A stretch of DNA of 64,000 nt from Betaproteobacteria bacterium (lineage in GTDB: Bacteria > Pseudomonadota > Gammaproteobacteria > Burkholderiales > Usitatibacteraceae). Location: positions 6,389 through 70,388 of the forward strand of contig JANYHZ010000281.1 of NCBI GenBank assembly GCA_025362135.1. The letters are read 5' to 3'. The first letter of the stretch is position 1, and every line of letters begins with the position of its first letter. This document shows positions 50,329 through 60,063 of this stretch, one piece after another. Below the pieces are notes generated by a model, which did no database searches, was not told where the DNA came from, and saw only the letters and a program-made list of their open reading frames with translations. Made by a program: the position numbers and the translations under genes.

Positions 50329-51918
50329 TCATTTGATCGTCACCCAGATCGGCGCGAACTTGTTGTCGGAACGATGTATTACGCTGACATTGGCACGCGA
50401 AACCCAGGGAATCACCTGGCGGTGCAGCGGAATGACGAGCACTTCGTTCTTGACCAGTTCGACGGCCTGATTGATCAGCGCCTGGCGTTTGGCTGTATCC
50501 ATTTCAACTTCGGCTCTGTCGATCAGATCATCGAGCGCGGCGTTTTTGAAGTTGCCATAGTTGGTGTCACCGGCACCCTTGTCATTGAGGCTATGAAACA
50601 GCGGTTTTAACGTAAACATGGCGTCGCGATTATTGTCACCCCAGCCCTGCATGCAGGCGCTGAATTCTTTTTTTGGGGTGCGCTGGAAATACTGCGCTTT
50701 CGGCATCGTTTCGACTTTCGTATTGATGCCAATACGCGCCCACATACTCGCGAGTGCGACGCAGATTTTTTCGTCGTTCACATAGCGGTCGTTCGGGCAG
50801 TGCAGCGTAAAGCCAAAGCCATCCGGATAGCCCGCATCAGCCAACAATTTTTTTGCCGTTTCGGGATCGAAGGCGAAACGCTTGTCCATTGCAGCGGGAA
50901 CACCTTCGCCCAATGGGCTCGGCGTCGCAAGCGCGGTTGGGGTTGCCAGCCCGCGCATGATCGAAGTCTTGATCGCATTCACGTCGATGGCCTGATACAG
51001 CGCCATGCGCACGCGTTTGTCCTTGAACGGGTTCTTGCCTTTCACATCCGAAAACAGCAATTCATCGCGCGCCTGATCGAACGTGATCGAGATGATGCGT
51101 GTCTCGTCACCCTCCCAGACTTTCAGGTTTTTGTCTTCCTTCAGTTTGGCGATGTCCTGCACGGCGGGGTCGAGAACGAAATCGAGTTCGCCGGATTGCA
51201 ATGCTGCCATGCGCGTTGCCGCGTTGCCAATCGGGCGATACTCAATCGACTCAATGTTGCCCTCAAAGCGGCCGGCCTTGATGCCCCACCAGTCGGGATT
51301 CTTCGCGAGTACGGTCTTGATGCCGGGTTCATAGGAAACCAGCTTGAACGGGCCCGTTCCCATCGCGTTGCGTGAGGCGAAAGTGACTTCCTTGGTGCTG
51401 AAATCCTGCGCCACCAGGGCGTTATTTCTTTCCGCCCATTTCTTGCTCATGATCGGCACTTCACCGAGATAAATGTGCCCGACCGGATTTGGCGCTGCCG
51501 TTGTGAATTCAACGGTGTAGTCGTCAATTTTTCTGGCCACACCGGCAGGAACCGCATATGTTTTGTACTGATTTGACTTGGCCGCACGTTCAAACGAGAA
51601 CACCACGTCGTCCGCCGTGAAGGGTGTGCCGTCCTGAAATTTTACGTCTCGACGCAATGTGACCACGCGTTTGGTCGGGCTCACCACTTTATAGCCGGTC
51701 GCAAGCCACGGCGTGGCAAACATATCCTTGCCGGGCTGAAACAGTCGCTCGTAGATCATCTGGTTGATCGACTTCGTGAAGCTTTCGTCCTGCCCGTGCG
51801 GGTCTTGCGTCGTTACATCGCCCACCGATGCCCAGCGAAAGTTTTTTGCCGACACAATGTTCGGAAACGTGGTGCATAGTGAAAAAAGGAAGCAAGTCAA
51901 CAGAACGCGGAAATTCAT
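50329..51918 (-). CDS. ABC transporter substrate-binding protein, family 5 (peptide/nickel type)
   Basis: It has a signal peptide (MNFRVLLTCFLFSLCTTFPNIVSA). Its motifs and roughly 530-aa size are typical of OppA/DppA-type binding proteins. Confidence 0.85.
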   Translation of the reverse strand: MNFRVLLTCFLFSLCTTFPNIVSAKNFRWASVGDVTTQDPHGQDESFTKSINQMIYERLFQPGKDMFATPWLATGYKVVSPTKRVVTLRRDVKFQDGTPFTADDVVFSFERAAKSNQYKTYAVPAGVARKIDDYTVEFTTAAPNPVGHIYLGEVPIMSKKWAERNNALVAQDFSTKEVTFASRNAMGTGPFKLVSYEPGIKTVLAKNPDWWGIKAGRFEGNIESIEYRPIGNAATRMAALQSGELDFVLDPAVQDIAKLKEDKNLKVWEGDETRIISITFDQARDELLFSDVKGKNPFKDKRVRMALYQAIDVNAIKTSIMRGLATPTALATPSPLGEGVPAAMDKRFAFDPETAKKLLADAGYPDGFGFTLHCPNDRYVNDEKICVALASMWARIGINTKVETMPKAQYFQRTPKKEFSACMQGWGDNNRDAMFTLKPLFHSLNDKGAGDTNYGNFKNAALDDLIDRAEVEMDTAKRQALINQAVELVKNEVLVIPLHRQVIPWVSRANVSVIHRSDNKFAPIWVTIK

Positions 51919-52205
51919 TACATCCCCCAGCAAAAAAAATTGGATTGATTTTGTCAATGTGGAAATAGTCTATTCGACTACACACGAAAGCGCCATATGC
52001 GACTGTCCCTTTGGTGCCCGGCAGCGCATCGTCAACCCGATTGCTCAACTGCCCCCGGTTTGTTTCGGGCATTTATAGGTAACCTTTCAGGGCAATGTCC
52101 GTTGTTTGCCCGTGCAAAATGGTGTTCGTTGGGCGCAAAATCTCTTGGGGGGTTGAAACGGAATGTTCCGCGTGCGTTCCAATAAGGTAATTTCCGGAGA
52201 TTGTC

Positions 52206-54023
52206 ATGCGTGTTAGTTGGTTGCCGTATTGCTGGCGGTATCTGCTCCTGTCGCTATTTTGCGGGTGTTGCGTTGCGCCCAGTTTCGCCACAACAAAAAA
52301 CCAGCGAATCGAAAAATCCTCGTCGGGTCCACGTCCCGAGTTTCCGACCGCGCGTAACCAAAGTGTGGAGTTCCCGCCGCTGGGGCCCGGCAACTATCCT
52401 GTTGCCTGTTCCAATCTTGCTCACGATGTGGCGCGCATGAACCAGCTCGGCGGGTCGCTGGAAGATTATTGGTCCGGCACGAACGACCATTACGTCGGCG
52501 ATATCCTGCTCGAACCCGGTAGTACATTGAAGACCAGCCCGCTGGTGCCTGATAACGATCTTTATCCGGGGCGACGTAACTCGGTGGTGGAATTTGTCGT
52601 CATTAGCTGTTATCCAACCGACATCAGCAACAACCGTCCAGACTATCTGTTGCCGGACGGCCAACGCATTCCGCACATGCAACGGGGCGGTCAGGCGGCC
52701 GTTCTCGCCAGCCAACCCTGCACAGCGATTTTTCCCCTGCCGACAGGCTGCGGGCGCTGGCCGATGGTGGTGTTCTCCCACGGGCTGGCGGGGAGCCCAG
52801 TGGACGGCAAGTCGATTGATTTTCTGATGCGGCTGGCGAGCTACGGATATATCGTCGCCGCACCGTTTCATGGCGACGGTCGATTTTCGCGTCTGAGAGT
52901 CGAAGACCTTGGCGACCTTTTCTACATCATTCGCAACTTTGACCGCATCGTCGAACTACAGGCGATGCGACCGTTCAGCATGAAGTCTATGATCGACATG
53001 ATGCTCGCGCATTCTGATTTCGGCGCGCGAATTGACGCGACACGCATCGGTGGCATTGGTGGCAGCATGGGTGGCGCCACCATGACTTGGCTACTTGGCG
53101 CACAACTAACCGACAATTACCCGCGATTGACAGCCAAGTCAACGGTGCAAGACCCGCGCATCAAAGCAGCTGTGGGTTACGTTCCTTACGCCGGGCAGAA
53201 ATTTTTGCCCGCCTTCGGTGATGATAACGCGACAGCAAAAAATGTCACCGCGCCTTACCTTTCCATTTCCGGCACCAATGACACTACCGCGCCGATGTTC
53301 ATGATGGAGCAGGCCGTGAACAACTTCCGCGGCGCACGCTATCAAGTGGCACTGAGCGGCGTTGAACACACTTACTCGCCCAGCTACGCCAACGATGTGT
53401 TTGGCTGGACAATTCCGTTCTTTGCTGCGTACCTCAATGGCGACAAATCCGCGCTCGACCGATTGACGCGACAAAGGCACGTGAGCGGTGGTCTTGATGA
53501 TTATCTTCGCATCGACTACGTGCCGCCGTCGGCGCAGGTCAACGGCGAAGTACTGGTGGACGAGTTCTACAACACCCTCGTCAAGCGTCATTTCATCACC
53601 GCAAGCACGGCCGATAAAGATGCAATCGATCGCGGCAGCATGGGGGCGGGCTGGATAAGAACGGGTTATCAATTCAAGGCGTATACGCTACCTGGCCCTG
53701 CGGAAATGCGCGTCGCAACGCAGGCACCAGTGTGCCGATTTTATGCGCCGGTTCAGAATACACACTTCTTTTCAGCCGATAGCCGCGATTGTCAACTGCT
53801 GCGTGCAAGTCGTGCGTGGAATGATGAAGGAATCGCGTTCTGGATCAATAGTGCGTCGCGGACGAGTTGCGCGTCTGGCACGCTGGCCGTGACGCGGCTA
53901 TCGGACTCGCGCTGGCGCGAGAGCACATCGAACCATCGCTACACGACGAGCAATTCCCAAATTGAGGATATGAAAGCCAACGGCTGGTTTGAGGAGGGCG
54001 TGGTGATGTGCGCACCGTTGTAG
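52206..54023 (+). CDS. Secreted alpha/beta-hydrolase-like protein with three C-terminal DUF5648-like repeats
   Basis: It has a signal peptide, VVFSHGLAGS, and the nucleophile elbow GGSMGG. Three C-terminal repeats follow (53526-54020) of the form (R)FY...HF(Y/F)T...E/D...GW..EG. Confidence 0.6.
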   Translation: MRVSWLPYCWRYLLLSLFCGCCVAPSFATTKNQRIEKSSSGPRPEFPTARNQSVEFPPLGPGNYPVACSNLAHDVARMNQLGGSLEDYWSGTNDHYVGDILLEPGSTLKTSPLVPDNDLYPGRRNSVVEFVVISCYPTDISNNRPDYLLPDGQRIPHMQRGGQAAVLASQPCTAIFPLPTGCGRWPMVVFSHGLAGSPVDGKSIDFLMRLASYGYIVAAPFHGDGRFSRLRVEDLGDLFYIIRNFDRIVELQAMRPFSMKSMIDMMLAHSDFGARIDATRIGGIGGSMGGATMTWLLGAQLTDNYPRLTAKSTVQDPRIKAAVGYVPYAGQKFLPAFGDDNATAKNVTAPYLSISGTNDTTAPMFMMEQAVNNFRGARYQVALSGVEHTYSPSYANDVFGWTIPFFAAYLNGDKSALDRLTRQRHVSGGLDDYLRIDYVPPSAQVNGEVLVDEFYNTLVKRHFITASTADKDAIDRGSMGAGWIRTGYQFKAYTLPGPAEMRVATQAPVCRFYAPVQNTHFFSADSRDCQLLRASRAWNDEGIAFWINSASRTSCASGTLAVTRLSDSRWRESTSNHRYTTSNSQIEDMKANGWFEEGVVMCAPL

Positions 54024-54032
54024 CTGAGGCTG

Positions 54033-54569
54033 CTACTCGTCTTTCAGTATGGCATTGGCACGCTGTAACGCATCCGCGTCAACCGGTGCGACCGTTTGCA
54101 TCATTGCATTACGACGCCGATTCATTATCCACAGCAGGATCGCGCCGCCGATCAATAAAAAGAATGGGCCGAACCACAGAAGCCAGGTTTTGCCATCCAC
54201 CGGCGGACGGTAAAGCACGAAGTCGCCGTACCGCGCCCGCAGGTGTTCTTTTATTTCTTCGTTCGATTTGTTCTGGTCCGCCAGCAGACGGATTTCACGG
54301 CGCAAATCGCCCGCCAGTCCCGCAGGAGATTCGGCCAGCGTCTGGTTCTGGCAAACCAGACAGCGCAATTCGGTTTCGAGTTTCTTTAACCGAACCTCCA
54401 GTTCAGGCGACATCGGTGCCATCTCCGGGGTCGGCGTTTGCGCGTGAGCGGCGAACGCGCATGCTATGAGTATGAAAGTCAAGCACTGGCGCGCTTTCCA
54501 GGCTACAAATGCCCCAAACTCCGCGCCAGGTATTGCGTTTGCCAAAAATATCCGCGCGATGGCCTTCAT
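54033..54569 (-). CDS. ccmH: Cytochrome c-type biogenesis protein CcmH
   Basis: It has the LRCLVCQNQTLAES motif and a C-terminal TM helix. It forms an ATGA overlap with ccmG. Confidence 0.88.
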   Translation of the reverse strand: MKAIARIFLANAIPGAEFGAFVAWKARQCLTFILIACAFAAHAQTPTPEMAPMSPELEVRLKKLETELRCLVCQNQTLAESPAGLAGDLRREIRLLADQNKSNEEIKEHLRARYGDFVLYRPPVDGKTWLLWFGPFFLLIGGAILLWIMNRRRNAMMQTVAPVDADALQRANAILKDE

Positions 54570-55102
54570 GATTTCTTCAACTCACGAATAACCGGCAACA
54601 ATTTCTCGCTAAGCACCGTCGCGTCGATCGGGCCGGTATGCTTGTAGCGGATCATGCCGGTGGCGTCGATCACGAATGTTTCGGGCGCGCCGTACACGCC
54701 GAAATCGATGGCGGTGCGACCATCGAGATCACTTACTGAAGCCGTGTAGGGATCACCGAACTTTGCAAGCCACGCCTTGGCGTCTTCAGGTTTGTCTTTC
54801 CAGTTGAGCCCGATGATGGGCAACACTTGCGCTTTGGACAACTCATTGAGGAACGGATGCTCATAGCGGCACGATACGCACCAGGAACCCCAGACGTTAA
54901 GCAACCACACCTTGCCTTTCATATCTGCATTGCCCAATTTTTTTTCGGGCGAGTGGAGTTGCGCCAACGCGAATATGGGCGTGGGCTTATTGATCAGCGC
55001 AGAGGGAATTTCGCGCGGATTAAGCGACAAGCCGGTGTAAAGGAACCAGAGCAGCCCGAAAAAAATGGCCAGTGGCAGAAAGTAACGCCAGGTGCGAAGC
55101 AT
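54566..55102 (-). CDS. ccmG: Thiol:disulfide interchange protein DsbE/CcmG
   Basis: It has an N-terminal anchor, the WGSWCVSC active site, and GVYGAPETF. Confidence 0.92.
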   Translation of the reverse strand: MLRTWRYFLPLAIFFGLLWFLYTGLSLNPREIPSALINKPTPIFALAQLHSPEKKLGNADMKGKVWLLNVWGSWCVSCRYEHPFLNELSKAQVLPIIGLNWKDKPEDAKAWLAKFGDPYTASVSDLDGRTAIDFGVYGAPETFVIDATGMIRYKHTGPIDATVLSEKLLPVIRELKKS

Positions 55103-55126
55103 GTGTTTATTCCCGATGTCGTATGA

Positions 55127-57208
55127 CTATTGCGCTGGCTGCGAGCCGGCTTTCGCTGGCATCGCCTTGCGTTGTTTCACCTTGGCGGTTGCAGCCGCAG
55201 GGTTCGCTACCGGTGCGGCTGGCACATCCACTGGCGACGCCGTCGACGTGCGCACCTTCACCTTCAGGCGATAGCGGCGATCCAGCATTGCCAACAGGCC
55301 GCCAAGTGCCATGAAAATACAGCCAAACCAGATCCAGTTGATAAACGGTTTGACGTAAATACGCACCCCCCACGCCCCATCGGCTGCACCTTCGACCTGT
55401 TCGCCGAGTGCGACGTAGATATCGCGGGTAATGCCGGCGTTGATGGAGGCTTCGGTCATGACTTGGCCGGAGGCAAAATAGCGGCGTTTCTCTGGCGATA
55501 ACGTCGCCACCATTTTGCCGTCTTTGCTTACTTCAAAGATACCTTCTATGGCGGCGTAGTTTGGGCCGGGAACATCGCCGACTTTTACAAATTTGAATTG
55601 GTAGCCGCCCTCGGACACCGTTTGACCCGGTGCCATGCGCACATCGCGTTCGGTTTCGTAGCCCTTGACGAGGGTGACGCCGATGACGAACACGGCAATG
55701 CCGACGTGTGCCAGATGCATGCCGTAATAGCTGGAACGATTGGCGGCAATTCTGGCAAAGAAACTATCGCCTGGTGTTGCCTGATAACGATGCGCGAGTG
55801 CCGTCACACACGCGGCGATGATCCAGGTTGCCAGCAGTAATCCGCCGGCGACCATCGGCGTCCATTTACCCATCAGCAATGGGACTACGATCCCGGACGC
55901 CACCGCGATGCCGAATGCCCACTTCAATCGTGAGACGAGGTCCGGCAACGTGGCGTTACGCCAGCGTGAAATCGGCCCGACCGCCATCAGGAACAAGGCG
56001 GGTGCCATCAGCGGATAGAACACCGCTTCGAAATAAGGGGGGCCAACCGAAATCTTGCCGAGTTTCAATGCATCCAGAAACAAGGGATACAAGGTGCCCA
56101 ACACCACCGCCAACATGGCGACGACGAGCAGCACGTTGTTGGCGAGCAACAAGGATTCGCGGGATGTCGGCGAAAAATCGCGCGGCACTTTGCCCAAGCC
56201 CAATTGGGGGGCCCGCCACGCATACAACGCCAGCGAGCCGCCAATCACGACGACGAGGAAGGCGAGAATAAATACACCCCGTTTGGGATCCGTTGCGAAG
56301 GCATGAACCGACGTCAGCACACCGGAACGGACAAGGAATGTTCCGAGCAAGGAAAGCGAGAACGCGATGATCGCGAGCAACACCGTCCAGCTTTTGAAGA
56401 CACCGCGTTTTTCCGTGACCGCAAGCGAGTGAATAAGTGCGGTGCCCACCAGCCACGGCATGAATGACGCATTTTCCACCGGGTCCCAGAACCACCAGCC
56501 GCCCCAGCCTAATTCGTAATACGCCCATGCTGAACCGAGCGCAATCCCAATGGTGAGGAAACACCACGCAGCTGTGGTCCACGGACGAGACCAGCGCGCC
56601 CAGGTGGCGTCAAGTTTGCCGCCGATCAGCGCCGCCACCGCAAACGCGAAGGCCACCGAGAAGCCAACGTAGCCCATATAAAGCATCGGCGGGTGGTAGA
56701 TCATGCCGGGATCCTGCAACAGCGGATTCAGGTCGCGCCCTTCGATAGCCGCGGGCAGCAGGCGATCAAACGGGTTGGAGGTCAGCAGCATGAACAGCAG
56801 AAAGCCGACCATGATCATGCCCATCACGGCCAGCACGCGGGCGATCACCTCCTGCGGAAGATTGCGACTGAAAATCGATACCGCAAACGTCCAGCCCGCC
56901 AGCATCAGTACCCACAACAGCAGTGAGCCCTCGTGCGAACCCCAGGAGGCGGTAATGCGGTAGTACACCGGTAATTTGGTATTTGAATTTGCCGCGACGT
57001 TCTGCACTGAAAAATCACTGCTAATAAAAGAATAGAGCAGACAAGCAAAGGCAAAGACGACGAACACAAACTGGCCGTGCGCCAAGGGTCGGGCGAGCGA
57101 CAGCAGGCGTTGGTCGCCTCGGTACGCACCGACCAGCGGCAAAATGGCCATCGATAGCGCAAGGCAAAGCGCGAGAATGAGTGAAAACTGGCCTAGTTCT
57201 GGAACCAT
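55127..57208 (-). CDS. ccmF: Cytochrome c haem lyase subunit CcmF
   Basis: It is polytopic, has the WWD domain WGGWWFWDPVENAS, and conserved histidines. I trimmed the start to MVPELGQFSL. The C-terminus is an A/P/K-rich tail. Confidence 0.95.
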   Translation of the reverse strand: MVPELGQFSLILALCLALSMAILPLVGAYRGDQRLLSLARPLAHGQFVFVVFAFACLLYSFISSDFSVQNVAANSNTKLPVYYRITASWGSHEGSLLLWVLMLAGWTFAVSIFSRNLPQEVIARVLAVMGMIMVGFLLFMLLTSNPFDRLLPAAIEGRDLNPLLQDPGMIYHPPMLYMGYVGFSVAFAFAVAALIGGKLDATWARWSRPWTTAAWCFLTIGIALGSAWAYYELGWGGWWFWDPVENASFMPWLVGTALIHSLAVTEKRGVFKSWTVLLAIIAFSLSLLGTFLVRSGVLTSVHAFATDPKRGVFILAFLVVVIGGSLALYAWRAPQLGLGKVPRDFSPTSRESLLLANNVLLVVAMLAVVLGTLYPLFLDALKLGKISVGPPYFEAVFYPLMAPALFLMAVGPISRWRNATLPDLVSRLKWAFGIAVASGIVVPLLMGKWTPMVAGGLLLATWIIAACVTALAHRYQATPGDSFFARIAANRSSYYGMHLAHVGIAVFVIGVTLVKGYETERDVRMAPGQTVSEGGYQFKFVKVGDVPGPNYAAIEGIFEVSKDGKMVATLSPEKRRYFASGQVMTEASINAGITRDIYVALGEQVEGAADGAWGVRIYVKPFINWIWFGCIFMALGGLLAMLDRRYRLKVKVRTSTASPVDVPAAPVANPAAATAKVKQRKAMPAKAGSQPAQ

Positions 57209-57230
57209 CGTGATTGCCTCGGTGCTAGAT

Positions 57231-57719
57231 TCAATTGGGTTTCGGTGCTTGTGTAGGGACTGCTTTTTGTCCGGCAAACATACTGCCGTCGATCGATTTG
57301 CCGGCGTTCTTCAGCGCTTCTGCGGCTTCGGGAGGCATGTAATTCTCATCGTGCTTGGCCAACACCTCTGCCGCCCGAAACACGCCATCTTGTCCAATCT
57401 TGCCTTGCGCGACGACGCCTTTGCCTTCCTTGAACAAGTCGGGAAGAATACCGGTGTAGGTCACGGGAATGGTCTTGGCGGTATCGGTGACGTCAAATGT
57501 CACCGTAAGCCCATCGGGTTGGCGCTTCACGCTACCCGCGGTCACTAACCCGCCAATGCGGAAGGTACGGTCAACGGGCGCTTTGTTCTCGGCAACCTGG
57601 GAGGGCGTAAAGAAAAACACCAGATTTGAATTGAAGGCACGCAATACAAGGGTCACGGCAACGCCAATCACCAATAACCCAAGCGCAATCCACATGAAAC
57701 GACGGTGTCTTGCTTTCAT
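57231..57719 (-). CDS. ccmE: Cytochrome c maturation haem chaperone CcmE
   Basis: It has an N-terminal anchor, [17 protein letters not shown], and the haem-binding AKHDENYMP. Confidence 0.95.
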   Translation of the reverse strand: MKARHRRFMWIALGLLVIGVAVTLVLRAFNSNLVFFFTPSQVAENKAPVDRTFRIGGLVTAGSVKRQPDGLTVTFDVTDTAKTIPVTYTGILPDLFKEGKGVVAQGKIGQDGVFRAAEVLAKHDENYMPPEAAEALKNAGKSIDGSMFAGQKAVPTQAPKPN

Positions 57720-57895
57720 TGCGCAGGTCTTTTCGCTTTATCAGCCATCAGTTCTTCCCCAATTTCGGCTTGCGCGCGTTTTCCGCGCAAGCGCACCAGC
57801 GTAATTTCCAGCATGATCGCGACCACGAATGCACCGAATGAGCCCCACATATAGAACGCGCGCGCATCCATGGAAAAAAATGCTGCCCAGTTCAT
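57716..57895 (-). CDS. ccmD: Haem exporter protein CcmD
   Basis: This 59-aa single-TM protein ([33 protein letters not shown]) lies between ccmC and ccmE with ATGA overlaps at both ends. The track hides it inside a longer ORF (57716-58123). Confidence 0.75.
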   Translation of the reverse strand: MNWAAFFSMDARAFYMWGSFGAFVVAIMLEITLVRLRGKRAQAEIGEELMADKAKRPAQ

Positions 57896-58650
57896 GATCC
57901 TGCCACAATGTTGGTTGCAGATAACGTGTTTGCCACCCGGGTGCTGTGGCTTCGGCCGCGTTCCCGCTCGAGGATGATGGCACGAACACGCACCAGTGAA
58001 ATCGTGATCGCGTAAGTCCAGCAGGCTATTGCCATGATCAGCATCGCCCACAGCATTATCGCGGCCATTTTCGGCGAGGCGGTCACCGATACCGATGCGC
58101 CCTGATGCAGTGTATTCCACCATTTCACGGAAAAGTAAATGATAGGCACATTGACCGATCCAACGATGACCAGCAGCGCCCCCGCTTTGTCCGCACGCTT
58201 TTTATCTTCAATGGCGTTGATAAGCGCAAGGTAGCCGATGTACAGAAACAAAAGTATCAGCGTCGACGTCATGCGCGCGTCCCACGCCCAGTACGTGCCC
58301 CATGTCGGCTTTCCCCAAAGGGCACCAGTCCAAAGCGCGAGCGCGGTGAAGATTGCGCCGGTGGGTGCCAGCGCCTCCATCATCATTGCGGACAGGCGGG
58401 TATTGAAAGTAAGCGCCATCACGCCATACATCGCCATCGCCAGATAAATAACCATCGCCATCCAGGCCGCCGGCACATGGATGAAGATGATGCGGTAAAC
58501 CTCGCCTTGCTGAAAATCCTCGGGTGCGACGAACAAGCCCAGGTATAGACCGATAACAGCAAAAATGGCGGCCAGCGCGGCGAACCACGGTACTAGTTTG
58601 CCTGCGAGGGGATAGAACGCAGTGGGGGAGGAATATTTGAATAGGCTCAT
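57892..58650 (-). CDS. ccmC: Haem exporter protein CcmC
   Basis: It has the WWD motif WGKPTWGTYWAWDARMT and six TM helices. Confidence 0.95.
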   Translation of the reverse strand: MSLFKYSSPTAFYPLAGKLVPWFAALAAIFAVIGLYLGLFVAPEDFQQGEVYRIIFIHVPAAWMAMVIYLAMAMYGVMALTFNTRLSAMMMEALAPTGAIFTALALWTGALWGKPTWGTYWAWDARMTSTLILLFLYIGYLALINAIEDKKRADKAGALLVIVGSVNVPIIYFSVKWWNTLHQGASVSVTASPKMAAIMLWAMLIMAIACWTYAITISLVRVRAIILERERGRSHSTRVANTLSATNIVAGS

Positions 58651-58654
58651 TGCA

Positions 58655-59374
58655 TCAATCCAGAGAAATCTTCAACGCTGCCGCAACCGCAAACGGCACT
58701 GCCAGTCCAGCCAACAACACAATCGCACCAAGCAGCGACAGATTTGCTGAAAAATCGATAGAGACCATTGCTTGTTCGACGGCACCGGCACCAAAAATGA
58801 GCACCGGAATGTATAGGGGAAGTACCAGCAACGCCAACAATATGGATCCGCCGCGTACGCCTAGCGTCAACGCCGCGCCAATTGCGCCAATCATTGACAA
58901 TACTGGCGTTCCCAATATCAGACTTACACACAGTACAGCAAGTTCACCCGACGCAAGCCCAAACTGCAATCCGAGCAAGGGTGAGAGCACCGCCAAGGGT
59001 AAACCCGTCATCAGCCAATGCGCCACGATTTTGCCGGCGACGATTGTTGGCAATGGATACACCGACAATGCCAGCTGTTCCAGCGTGCCGTCAGCGTGAT
59101 CATTGGCGAACATTCTGGGCAGGGTCAGCAACACCGACAATAGCGCCGCCACCCACACAACGCCCGGGGCGATGCGTTTCAGCAATGCAGATTCAGGACC
59201 TATCGCGAGCGGAAACAAACTGACTACAACAACAAAAAATGCTAACGCCTGTATTGCTTCCCCTTTTGAGCGCGCCGCGAGTCTTGCGTCGCGCGCCATA
59301 GCCACAATAAAACCGCGCTCAGGTTGAAATACCGGCGAGTCAATCTGGGTGAGCGAGTTCAGAGTGGCGGTCAT
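58655..59374 (-). CDS. ccmB: Haem exporter permease CcmB
   Basis: It is a polytopic protein of about 220-240 aa between ccmA and ccmC, and has the FPLAIGPE-type motif. Confidence 0.9.
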   Translation of the reverse strand: MTATLNSLTQIDSPVFQPERGFIVAMARDARLAARSKGEAIQALAFFVVVVSLFPLAIGPESALLKRIAPGVVWVAALLSVLLTLPRMFANDHADGTLEQLALSVYPLPTIVAGKIVAHWLMTGLPLAVLSPLLGLQFGLASGELAVLCVSLILGTPVLSMIGAIGAALTLGVRGGSILLALLVLPLYIPVLIFGAGAVEQAMVSIDFSANLSLLGAIVLLAGLAVPFAVAAALKISLD

Positions 59375-60063
59375 CGCACCACTTCTATTCGTGAATCCAG
59401 ATTCATTTCTTTTGCTCGCGATGCGATATCCAAGGCGAGATGCGTTGCGATACAGGCAATTCCGCCGCGACCAAGATGGCGGCCGATGAGCTCGGTGAAC
59501 AGCAAGACGCCCTCACTATCTAACGCATTGGTAGGCTCATCGAGCAGCCAAAGAGGTTTGTGATGCGCATGGGAAAGCGCCAGCCACAATCGCGCCAGTC
59601 CGATGCGGCGCTTCTGCCCCTGCGAGAGTCGTCGCGCCAGCACGTGACGCCGATCAATCAAGCCGACCTTTTCAAGTGCCTCAAGTTGCGCGCTGGGCTC
59701 AAGGGAAATACCGTCGATCGACAACGCGTCGGCGAGGTTCTCGTGCGCGGTGAAATCGTCCTTGAGCGCGTTGTTATGGCCAAGATAAAGCGCAACGCTA
59801 CGCCACGTTGCCGACAGCGCCCTCAAAGGCTCGCCGTTCCACAAGACGACACCTGCATCTGGCAGCGTCAGGCCCGCAAGCATCCGTAGGAGACTCGTCT
59901 TGCCCGAGCCATTCGCGCCCCGCAAGATCAATGCCTGGCCTGACGCAATGCCGAACGATATATTGTCAATAATCGTGCGAGAGCCGCGTTCCAGCCGCAG
60001 TCCGCTGCCCCTCAAAGTATCTGCAGCGGTCTGGGTTGAATTCGAGACCGAGGATGCTGCCAT
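59371..60063 (-). CDS. ccmA: Cytochrome c biogenesis ABC ATPase CcmA
   Basis: It has Walker A (GANGSGKTS), the signature LSQGQKRR, and Walker B (LWLLDEP). Confidence 0.9.
   Translation of the reverse strand: MAASSVSNSTQTAADTLRGSGLRLERGSRTIIDNISFGIASGQALILRGANGSGKTSLLRMLAGLTLPDAGVVLWNGEPLRALSATWRSVALYLGHNNALKDDFTAHENLADALSIDGISLEPSAQLEALEKVGLIDRRHVLARRLSQGQKRRIGLARLWLALSHAHHKPLWLLDEPTNALDSEGVLLFTELIGRHLGRGGIACIATHLALDIASRAKEMNLDSRIEVVR

Noticed and set aside
44788-54023. A mobile genomic island integrated at the tRNA
   Set aside because: I saw no integrase, transposase, conjugation or phage genes, and no repeat of the tRNA 3' end. I kept this only as a low-interest finding about heterogeneous gene content.
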